A stretch of DNA of 32,000 bases, taken from the NCBI GenBank assembly GCA_002716355.1, contig PBAU01000008.1, forward strand, positions 1 to 32,000, written 5' to 3'. This document shows, one piece after another, positions 25,022 to 32,000 of this stretch. The first letter of the stretch is position 1. Each line of letters starts with the position of its first letter. Origin of the DNA: a bacterium (GTDB lineage: Bacteria > UBP7 > UBA6624). Position numbers and translations under genes: made by a program. The notes beneath the pieces are model-generated. The model was not told the origin of the DNA. It was given only the letters and a program-made list of their open reading frames with translations, and searched no databases.

Positions 25022-26816
25022 CTTCTATAACTTCCTCGTTTTCTTGGTCTGAAACTGGTTCACCACTAACATCTTCATTCTCACCTGATTCAGGCTGAAT
25101 AGTTTGAGCAAAAGCCATTGCAGCTTTCTGAAGATCCTCTATTGCTGTTTTTTTTGTGTCAATATCCTCTAAACCTAATGCTGATTTTGCACTTTCTATA
25201 GCTTTTTCAAGCTCTTGAACCACATCTTCAGTGGCTTTTTCTTTGTTCTCCTCAAGCATTGATTCTGTTTGCCAAATCACTGAATCCAAATTATTATGAA
25301 TTTCAACAGATTCTTTTTTTGCCTTATCTTCCTCAGCATACTTTTCAGCATCTTCAATCTTTTGTTGGACATCATCTTCAGTCAATGATGTTGATCCTGT
25401 AATTTGAATCTTCTGAGATTTTCCAGTTTTTTTATCTGTAGCCTCTACGTTTAAAAGACCGTTGGCATCAATCTTGAACGCAACTTCAATCTGAGGAATT
25501 CCTCTTTTAGCTGGAAGTATACCGACTAATTTAAATCTGCCAAGAGTTACATTATCATTTGCCATTTTCCTTTCACCTTGAAGAACATGGATTTCAACCT
25601 CTGGTTGATTGTCAGCAGCTGTAGAAAATATTTCTTTATGCTCTGTAGGCACGGGAGAATTTCTTTTTATCATCGGTGTCATAACCCCACCTAATGTTTC
25701 TATTCCCAAACTTAAAGGTGTCACATCAATCAAAAGAATATTTTTCTCGTCGGTAGAATCTGGATCCAAAACATTACCTTGAATTGCTGCACCAGAGGCA
25801 ACAACTTCATCAGGGTTAACACTTCTTTCTGGAGATTTCCCAAAGATTTTCTTACATAAATCCTGTACTTTTGGTATTCGTGTTGAACCTCCAACCAAAA
25901 TTACCTTATCTATATCAGAAGAAGAAACGCCTGCATCTTTCATTGCATTTTCGCAAGGTTTAACTAGTCTTTTCATAACAACATCTGAAATTTTCTCAAA
26001 TTCAGACCTTGTTAAAGTTGCCTTAAGGTGAAGCCCTTCATGCAAATAAGGCAAATTAATCTGGCTTGATGGGACTGAACTTAAGTCTTTTTTAGACTTT
26101 TCAGCAGCCTCAAGAACCCTTGCCCAAGCTGTCTTGTCCTTTCTTAAATCGATCTTATGCTCGGCATAAAATTTATCCGCTATCCAATCCGCAACTAAAT
26201 CATCTATATCAGCTCCACCCAGTTTGGTGTGACCATTAGTTGCCTTTACCTCAAAAACACCATCACTTATCTCAAGCACAGTTACATCAAAAGTACCTCC
26301 TCCAAAGTCAAAAACAGCAATCGTTTCATCAATATCTTCTTTATCAAGACCATAAGCTAACGCTGCTGCGGTTGGTTCATTAATAATTCTTTCCACCTCT
26401 AATCCAGCTATTTCAGCAGCTTGCTTTGTTGCCTTTCTTTGGCTATCATTGAAATAAGCAGGAACAGTAACGACTGCCTTCTTCACCTCACCACCCAAGT
26501 ACGTAGAAGCATCTGCTTTGAGCTTCATTAACACTTTTGCTGAAATTTCTTGTGGCGTTAAATCTTTGCCATCAATAGAAAACTTCTTTGAAGTCCCCAT
26601 ATGTCTTTTTGCATTTGCTATTGTTCTTTCTGCGGCTATCGTCATTGCTGCAACTGCCTGATCTCCAACTAAAATTTCTCCATCTTCTTGAAAAGAAACA
26701 ACGGAAGGAGTCACCCTTCCACCCTCTGCATTTGGAATGATCTCCGATCTTCCATTTAAAAATACGGACATGCAAGAATTTGTTGTCCCTAGGTCAATTC
26801 CTATAATTTTTGTCAT
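25011..26816 (-). CDS. dnaK: Molecular chaperone DnaK (Hsp70)
   Basis: It has IGIDLGTTNS, DFGGGTFD and VILVGGSTRIP. I prefer the ATG at 26816 (MTKIIGIDLGTTNS), which has GGAGG about 8 nt upstream, over the track TTG at 26831, which would translate that Shine-Dalgarno. Confidence 0.95.
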   Translation of the reverse strand: MTKIIGIDLGTTNSCMSVFLNGRSEIIPNAEGGRVTPSVVSFQEDGEILVGDQAVAAMTIAAERTIANAKRHMGTSKKFSIDGKDLTPQEISAKVLMKLKADASTYLGGEVKKAVVTVPAYFNDSQRKATKQAAEIAGLEVERIINEPTAAALAYGLDKEDIDETIAVFDFGGGTFDVTVLEISDGVFEVKATNGHTKLGGADIDDLVADWIADKFYAEHKIDLRKDKTAWARVLEAAEKSKKDLSSVPSSQINLPYLHEGLHLKATLTRSEFEKISDVVMKRLVKPCENAMKDAGVSSSDIDKVILVGGSTRIPKVQDLCKKIFGKSPERSVNPDEVVASGAAIQGNVLDPDSTDEKNILLIDVTPLSLGIETLGGVMTPMIKRNSPVPTEHKEIFSTAADNQPEVEIHVLQGERKMANDNVTLGRFKLVGILPAKRGIPQIEVAFKIDANGLLNVEATDKKTGKSQKIQITGSTSLTEDDVQQKIEDAEKYAEEDKAKKESVEIHNNLDSVIWQTESMLEENKEKATEDVVQELEKAIESAKSALGLEDIDTKKTAIEDLQKAAMAFAQTIQPESGENEDVSGEPVSDQENEEVIEGEE

Positions 26817-26861
26817 AATTTTTTCCTCCAAAATATTTAAATGTTAATTAAAACAAAGCAC

Positions 26862-26890
26862 ATTATACATGAATTAGTGTTAATTTGTAA
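26862..26890 (-). promoter_or_regulatory. Candidate sigma70-type promoter of the dnaK operon (TTACAA-17 nt-TATAAT)
   Basis: On the minus strand, the -35 TTACAA is at 26890..26885, followed by a 17-nt spacer and the -10 TATAAT at 26867..26862. This is about 45 nt upstream of the dnaK ATG. It is a pattern match only, in AT-rich DNA. Confidence 0.4.
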
Positions 26891-26941
26891 ATTTAATTTA
26901 GTCCCTTCTTATAAATTTAATTTAGTCTCTTCTTATAAATT
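26888..26941. repeat. 24-bp tandem direct repeat (about 2.2 copies, 1 mismatch) in the dnaK / ORF-26986 divergent intergenic region
   Basis: taaatttaatttagtcCcttctta (26888-26911) versus taaatttaatttagtcTcttctta (26912-26935), continuing as taaatt to 26941. It abuts and overlaps the proposed -35 element. Confidence 0.9.
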
Positions 26942-26985
26942 AAAAAAACAAGTTTAACTCTTCAGAAAAGATTAAAATTAAAACA

Positions 26986-27390
26986 ATGCGAAAAATAATT
27001 GTTTACATTGTTATGATTTTGCTGATTTATCTCTCTTATCTATCTGATTTAAAAGATTCAAATATCAAATACGTAAAATATGACCAAAAAAACATTTACA
27101 CAGATCCCTTTAGCGTTAAAGTTGAAGTCAGCAATTCATCAGACTTGCAAATCATAAAAGATCGTCAAAAATTATTTGATGGAATGATTCAAAATCAGAA
27201 AACAATCGAAATGAAAGTCAAGGAATCAATAACAATAAGAACAAATGATTTTGAAAACATATCTATATATTGGCTTGATGAGGATAGCGAATGGGTTGAC
27301 GTTGAAGAAATAGAACATCCTTTTAGCCTGACTCTTACCCGTAGTGGAGGTAAAATTCTTCTGTTTATAGACCAAGGAGAAACAAAATGA
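26986..27390 (+). CDS. Small membrane-anchored hypothetical protein, translationally coupled to bamA
   Basis: 134 aa with an N-terminal hydrophobic helix (IIVYIVMILLIYLSYL) and a beta-rich soluble part. It has an ATGA overlap with the next gene. No family was recognised. Confidence 0.5.
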   Translation: MRKIIVYIVMILLIYLSYLSDLKDSNIKYVKYDQKNIYTDPFSVKVEVSNSSDLQIIKDRQKLFDGMIQNQKTIEMKVKESITIRTNDFENISIYWLDEDSEWVDVEEIEHPFSLTLTRSGGKILLFIDQGETK

Positions 27391-29129
27391 AAAAAACATT
27401 TTTACTTTTATTACTATTGCTAGGCGTCCAATCACTAAAAGCAGTAGATGTTATTGAGGTCAATTTTCCAGATTCAAAAAATCTTGAAACAGACTGGCTT
27501 GAAAATATATTTGGAATAAATCCAGGAGATACATTTTCAACCGTTTCAATAGAGCAAGGTTTAGAAAGGCTGTACTCATCAGGATTTTTTGTTGAAAAAC
27601 CAACATCAGAAACATCGATAACTGATGGGAATGTAATAATAAATGTGAAATTTAGAGAATTTCCCATAATCGAATCAATAGTTTTAGAAGGTATAGAGTG
27701 GATTGATCCATTGACAGTCCTAAATTCCATCACAGTAAAAGAAGGATTCATGCTTAACACCAATGAACTAATGGAAAGCTACAGGATAATCAAAGCAAAA
27801 TATGCAGAAAATGGATACCCTTGGATATTCAATGAGTCAGAAAGCTTAAATTGGGAAAGTAAAACTTTAACAATCAAATTTATTGAACCTTTATTTGGTG
27901 ATGTGATTTTTGAAGGCTTAATGAATACAAACCCCAATGCCTTAAAAAGATTTCTCTGGATGGAAAAAGGCGACCCTATAACCTATTCAGCCATTCAGCT
28001 TGAGCTAAAAGACCTTTATGCAACAAAACTTTTTTCATCTGTTCCAGAGGTAAGGATACAACTTCCAGAAAAAAATGAAAATTTACCCTATTTTGATATT
28101 GTTTACTCTTTAACAGAGGCAGAAAAAACAGCAAACCTTTTGTTTGGTGCTTTTTATGGAGATACATCAGGATTAGGTGGATACATCAGCTACAGAGAAG
28201 ATAATTTTAGAGGTAATGCTGTAAGCCTTGGGACAACATTATCTTATGGTGACAGGGGAAGCTCTTATGACATATCTTACAAAGATGATAGTTACAAAGA
28301 CACAAGACTATCATTAAGCTCAAGAATTTTTGACACTGATAGAAACATAATTTTTTACGAAGAGGCAAATGATCCAAACTACAACTTTGCAAGCAAAGGT
28401 GGAGAAATTTCATTAGGCAAAAGAGTTGACAGGATGACAAGGTTGGACTTTACGCTTCACTCAAGCGAAAATAGCTATGATCCGGAAGACCCTAATAATC
28501 TTGTTTGTGACCCAGCAATTGACCCTGGCTGTGATGACATTCTTGCTGAAAAAGGAATTCTTGAAGGAGATCTGAACAGCATAAGCCTTGGCTACACCAA
28601 AGATACAAGATTTAACCCTTTTGACCCAACAGATGATGCCACCTATTACAAATTCTCTATCGAGCATGGCTTTGACTCTTCAGAAGAAAGTTTTGGATTT
28701 ACCAAATACTCATATGATTTAAGGAAATACAAACAGCTAAGCAATCCTGAATTCCTTTTAGCTGGAAGGTACAAGGTTGGAAAGATTGATGGTGATGCAC
28801 CCTCTACAAGACGATTCTGGACAGGTGGATCCTCTTCTTTGAGAGGTTATGACCTAGGTGAACAAAAAGGCAATTATCAATCCTTGTTAAATCTTGAATT
28901 GAGATGGCATAAAGAAGATACTCCTTGGTCAGCTGCTTTGTTTGCTGATTATGGATCATCCTCAAATGAGTCTAGTGCACTTTCTTTTGAAAACGCAATG
29001 ATGAGTTATGGGATTGGCGTCAGGTTCAGCATCGGCTTCTTTGGTATTGCTCCAGTGAGATTTGACCTAGCCTTTTCGCCTGACCTGGATGATACAAAAT
29101 TTCACTTTTCTGTAGGACATATGTTTTAA
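27387..29129 (+). CDS. bamA: Omp85-family outer membrane protein assembly factor (BamA/TamA-like, about 3 POTRA units)
   Basis: 580 aa with signal peptide MKKTFLLLLLLLGVQSLKA. By eye there are three POTRA-like units (residues about 22-105, 106-178 and 179-250), then a beta-barrel. The C-terminus is aromatic (FHFSVGHMF). It occupies the canonical position upstream of lpxD-lpxA. Confidence 0.75.
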   Translation: MKKTFLLLLLLLGVQSLKAVDVIEVNFPDSKNLETDWLENIFGINPGDTFSTVSIEQGLERLYSSGFFVEKPTSETSITDGNVIINVKFREFPIIESIVLEGIEWIDPLTVLNSITVKEGFMLNTNELMESYRIIKAKYAENGYPWIFNESESLNWESKTLTIKFIEPLFGDVIFEGLMNTNPNALKRFLWMEKGDPITYSAIQLELKDLYATKLFSSVPEVRIQLPEKNENLPYFDIVYSLTEAEKTANLLFGAFYGDTSGLGGYISYREDNFRGNAVSLGTTLSYGDRGSSYDISYKDDSYKDTRLSLSSRIFDTDRNIIFYEEANDPNYNFASKGGEISLGKRVDRMTRLDFTLHSSENSYDPEDPNNLVCDPAIDPGCDDILAEKGILEGDLNSISLGYTKDTRFNPFDPTDDATYYKFSIEHGFDSSEESFGFTKYSYDLRKYKQLSNPEFLLAGRYKVGKIDGDAPSTRRFWTGGSSSLRGYDLGEQKGNYQSLLNLELRWHKEDTPWSAALFADYGSSSNESSALSFENAMMSYGIGVRFSIGFFGIAPVRFDLAFSPDLDDTKFHFSVGHMF

Positions 29130-30103
29130 TGGCTTGGAGCTTAGATCAATTATCCAGAATTTCCGGAGGGGAAACATGTGGAGACAAGGAGTCTCTGATC
29201 ATCGGATTATGCTCTTCAGAAAAACCAATAAAAAACTGTTTGGCATTTTCGCTTAATGAAAAAATATCCAGAAATTTAGATCAAGCTGGTTGTTTCGTAA
29301 TATCCAAAGAAAAACCTTTAAAAGGAATCTGTCATCCAGATCCCAAATTAGCATTTTCATCAATAGTAAATGAAATAAAACCAAATTATGAAAAACCAAA
29401 AAAACTAATAAGTGAAAAAGCTCACATAAGCAAATCTGCAAAAATAGATCAAGACGTTGAAATTGGGCCTTTTGTATTTATTGGCGAGGATGTAAAGATT
29501 AGCAAAGGAACCGAAATTCATGCTTTTTCATTTATTGGCAACAAATGCAAAATTGGATCTTTCTGTAAAATCATGCCACACGCAGTAATTATGGATAATT
29601 GCAACCTTGGCGACAAGTGTTTAATAGGCCCAAGTTCAGTTGTGGGAAATTCTGGATTCAACATACACAAAACTGATAAAGAAATATTCAGAATGCCTCA
29701 TATCGGTGGTGTTCAAATTCAAAAAAATGCCACCATAGGTGCCTTAAACACAATTGATGGAGGATTGATTGATCCAACAGATATTGGAAAAAATGTAAAA
29801 ACTGATTCACAGGTACACATAGCTCATAATGTTAATTTAGGAGACAATGCATTAATAGCTGCAAAAAGTGGTATAGCAGGCAGCTCTAAAATAAAAGAAA
29901 ATTTCATAGCTGGAGGACGTGTTGGAGTTTCTGATCATACAAAAATAGGAAAAAATGTAACAGCTGGCGTAGGAAGCATGATAATCTCAGATATAGAGGA
30001 TGATTCGACAGTGCTTGGCTATCCAGCACGTGCAAAAAAAATTACACTTTCAATATGGGCTAGCCTTAAGAAATTACCTGTATGGATAAAAAAGAAAAAA
30101 TGA
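29129..30103 (+). CDS. lpxD: UDP-3-O-acylglucosamine N-acyltransferase
   Basis: 324 aa. The N-terminal uridine-binding-like domain is followed by a long run of left-handed beta-helix hexapeptide repeats (IGPFVFIGEDVKISKGTEIHAFSFIGN...). It has a 1-nt TAATG overlap with bamA and lies adjacent to lpxA. Confidence 0.8.
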   Translation: MAWSLDQLSRISGGETCGDKESLIIGLCSSEKPIKNCLAFSLNEKISRNLDQAGCFVISKEKPLKGICHPDPKLAFSSIVNEIKPNYEKPKKLISEKAHISKSAKIDQDVEIGPFVFIGEDVKISKGTEIHAFSFIGNKCKIGSFCKIMPHAVIMDNCNLGDKCLIGPSSVVGNSGFNIHKTDKEIFRMPHIGGVQIQKNATIGALNTIDGGLIDPTDIGKNVKTDSQVHIAHNVNLGDNALIAAKSGIAGSSKIKENFIAGGRVGVSDHTKIGKNVTAGVGSMIISDIEDDSTVLGYPARAKKITLSIWASLKKLPVWIKKKK

Positions 30104-30852
30104 TTCATCCTTCAGCCAAAATACACAAAAAGTCAATTGTGGGTAACAATGTTTCAATAGGGCCTAATTCAATTGTGGGCAAGGATGTACAAATTGGGCA
30201 AAATACAATCATTGAAGACAACGTCCGACTAGATGGCAACGTCAATATAGGTCAAAATGTGTACATTCACAGAGGTGTAACAATTGGTCCACCTCAGCAT
30301 TTAGCCTTTAAAGACTACAATCATTCAACAGAGATACAGGACAGAACCATAATTAGAGAATTTGTAACAATACATGGTTCAACAAGCGAAAAACCAACAA
30401 AAATAGGTGAAGATTGTTACCTGATGGCTTTTTCGCACGTTGGACATGATTGCAAGCTTGAAAACAATGTAATATTGACAAATTTTGTTCAATTAGGTGG
30501 ACATGTAACCATAGGCAAAAAAGCAGTGGTCGGAGGAGGGACAATGATCCATCAAAGAACTGAGCTAGGCGAAAGGGCAATGGTTGCAGCGATGATAGCA
30601 GTTCGCTTGTCTGTACCTCCCTACTCCATGGTTGCAGAAACAGGAAAAGGGATAAAAATTGTTAGCATTAATAGAAGGGGAATGTCAGACAATTTAAATT
30701 TAAGAAAAAATGCTGTACAGGCAATGAAATTACTAAAAACAAAAAACAATAAAAAAGAATTAACGGAAGAGCTTTCAGAACTAGACACCAACGAATCATT
30801 AATTTTGAAAAAATTTATTAACTCTAATACAAAATACTACAAGTGGGATTAA
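30100..30852 (+). CDS. lpxA: Acyl-ACP--UDP-N-acetylglucosamine O-acyltransferase
   Basis: Starts MIHPSAKIHKKSIVGNNVSIGPNSIV, followed by hexapeptide repeats. It also has IREFVTIHGST, catalytic-His context FSHVGHDC, LGGHV, MIHQ and PPYSMV. I prefer the ATG at 30100 (ATGA overlap with lpxD) over the track start at 30082. Confidence 0.85.
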   Translation: MIHPSAKIHKKSIVGNNVSIGPNSIVGKDVQIGQNTIIEDNVRLDGNVNIGQNVYIHRGVTIGPPQHLAFKDYNHSTEIQDRTIIREFVTIHGSTSEKPTKIGEDCYLMAFSHVGHDCKLENNVILTNFVQLGGHVTIGKKAVVGGGTMIHQRTELGERAMVAAMIAVRLSVPPYSMVAETGKGIKIVSINRRGMSDNLNLRKNAVQAMKLLKTKNNKKELTEELSELDTNESLILKKFINSNTKYYKWD

Positions 30853-31760
30853 TGAAATTTGCACTTGCTGGAAATGGCAAAATGGGCAAGCTCCACTACA
30901 GCCATCTAATAGAAAGAAAAGATCTTGAACTTGTTGCGGTTATAGACCCAAACGAAAAAGCACTTTTATCCTTGGATGAAAAAATAAAAAAATACACTGA
31001 TTTTAAAAATTTTGATGAAAAAATAGATGCCTTGATTGTTGCAACACCAACAAAATATCACGAAAAAATAACAAATCATTTCTTGAAGAAGAATGTTCAT
31101 ATTTTGGTTGAAAAACCAATAGCAAAAAATATGAAAGAAGCTAAAAGCATGGTTAAAAATGCAAAACAAATGAACAGGGTATTGATGATTGGATACATAG
31201 AAAGGCACAACCCAATGATAAAAGCTTTATCAAAGTTGATTAAGTCAGAAGAAATTGAATCAATTTATGCTTCCAGATGGGCTCCAAGGCCAGCAAGAAT
31301 CACGTCTGAAGGCGTAGTTCTTGATTCAATGATCCATGATATAGATATAGTTTTGCAATTATTAAACAAAAAAGTCAAGATGAAAGATGCTTTTGGCAAC
31401 CTGGGAGCTGATGGATATCCAGATAATGCAAAAATAACTCTAGAAACCAAAGACAACCAACTTGCTCATCTTTTTTCTGGCTGGGAAACAACATTAAGAC
31501 ATAGAACAATCTGTGTTACAACTCAAAAAAATATATACCTGGGTGACTATATAAAAAAAACTTTAACAAAGATCGACAAACAACACAATAAAAAAGAAAA
31601 AATACCGGTTCATTTAGGTGAAATGGATGCAATAAACTATCAAATAACAAAATTTAAAAATAATGTAAATCAGAAAAAATATTATCAAGAAAGCTTAGAT
31701 CCTTTGGAGATTGTGCTAAAAGCGACTAAGAAAATAATCTCAGACAATAAGAATGACTAA
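30852..31760 (+). CDS. Gfo/Idh/MocA-family NAD(P)-dependent oxidoreductase
   Basis: The N-terminal Rossmann motif is KFALAGNGKMGKLH and the family motif is VHILVEKPIAKNMKEA. I prefer the ATG at 30852 (TAATG overlap with lpxA) over the GTG at 30843. Confidence 0.75.
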   Translation: MKFALAGNGKMGKLHYSHLIERKDLELVAVIDPNEKALLSLDEKIKKYTDFKNFDEKIDALIVATPTKYHEKITNHFLKKNVHILVEKPIAKNMKEAKSMVKNAKQMNRVLMIGYIERHNPMIKALSKLIKSEEIESIYASRWAPRPARITSEGVVLDSMIHDIDIVLQLLNKKVKMKDAFGNLGADGYPDNAKITLETKDNQLAHLFSGWETTLRHRTICVTTQKNIYLGDYIKKTLTKIDKQHNKKEKIPVHLGEMDAINYQITKFKNNVNQKKYYQESLDPLEIVLKATKKIISDNKND

Positions 31761-32000
31761 AACAGCAGCCCTTATAGTCACCTACAACGCTCCAGAAAAA
31801 ATATTAAAAAAATTAATTAAAAGCATAGAGGTTCAAGAAGAAATAAACAAAATACTAGTAGTAGATAACAATAGTAAAAATAATGAAGGGATTAAATACC
31901 TGAAAAAAAAGAATATAGAAATCATCGAAATGAAAAAAAACAAAGGATTCTCAACAGCTGTCAACAAAGGAGTAAAAGCTCTTTCAAAAATGGATTACAT
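31753..32000 (+). CDS. Family-2 glycosyltransferase, N-terminal part (runs off window)
   Basis: Hand translation from the ATG at 31753 gives MTKTAALIVTYNAPEKILKKLIKSIEVQEEINKILVVDNNSKNNEG...KKNKGFSTAVNKGVKAL. This shows the typical GT2 pattern (xxTYN, VVDNxS, NxGfxxAxNxG). It overlaps the upstream stop by 8 nt and is not in the ORF track because no stop is reached. Confidence 0.7.
   Translation, partial: MTKTAALIVTYNAPEKILKKLIKSIEVQEEINKILVVDNNSKNNEGIKYLKKKNIEIIEMKKNKGFSTAVNKGVKALSKMDY

Noticed and set aside
26844-26851. TTAATTAA palindrome and other short AT-only inverted repeats in the dnaK leader
   Set aside because: They are 5-8 bp palindromes made only of A and T, which are expected by chance in an intergenic region of this composition. 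They are not evidence for an operator.
27365-27763. 132-aa minus-strand ORF overlapping the start of bamA
   Set aside because: It is antisense to the POTRA-encoding region and has no signal, motif or plausible start context.
1-32000. Looked for CRISPR arrays, IS elements or transposases, integrases, phage genes, toxin-antitoxin pairs and known defence-system genes
   Set aside because: None was found. The only repeats of note are the 87-bp dnaX duplication and the 24-bp intergenic tandem repeat, and neither has CRISPR-like spacer structure. All ORFs of substantial length are accounted for by housekeeping or envelope functions.

Overview
Low-GC (roughly mid-30s % by eye), very tightly packed chromosomal segment from a diderm (LPS/outer-membrane) bacterium. 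I cannot assign the lineage from sequence alone. Nearly every base is coding and neighbouring genes often overlap by 1, 4 or 8 nt. There are three long co-directional blocks. (1) Plus strand 590-12048: acnA, fabF-like KAS, dxr, dxs, dnaX, pdxS, pdxT, tmk, holB-like. (2) Minus strand 17928-12045: short pyrD-like, pyrF, lptF/lptG-like permeases, lptD. (3) Minus strand 26816-20950: dnaK, grpE, dnaJ, hspR, FmdB-type zinc ribbon, C26 amidotransferase-like hydrolase, tRNA-Ala(UGC), Rieske oxygenase. A large Ig-like/PKD lipoprotein sits alone at 18106-20913. The right end carries an envelope block: small membrane protein, short BamA/Omp85, lpxD, lpxA, a Gfo/Idh/MocA oxidoreductase and a partial GT2 glycosyltransferase. 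I saw no CRISPR array, transposase, integrase, phage or recognisable defence genes, and I cannot honestly point to a convincing novel multi-gene system. This reads as core housekeeping DNA. The leads most worth a second look are: (a) an abrupt synonymous-codon/GC break inside acnA that makes the left ~1.3 kb compositionally foreign; (b) a perfect 87-bp tandem duplication in the dnaX linker that carries an A_AAA_AAA slippery heptamer at the expected gamma/tau position; (c) a tRNA-Ala whose first 10 nt contain the stop codon of the upstream CDS; (d) a surface lipoprotein ending in a thioredoxin-fold domain that lacks its catalytic Cys; (e) an hspR-type dnaK operon with no canonical HAIR/CIRCE operator but a 24-bp tandem repeat upstream; (f) a GnnA-like oxidoreductase directly after lpxA. 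All functional calls rest on motif recognition in the supplied translations. No database search was run.
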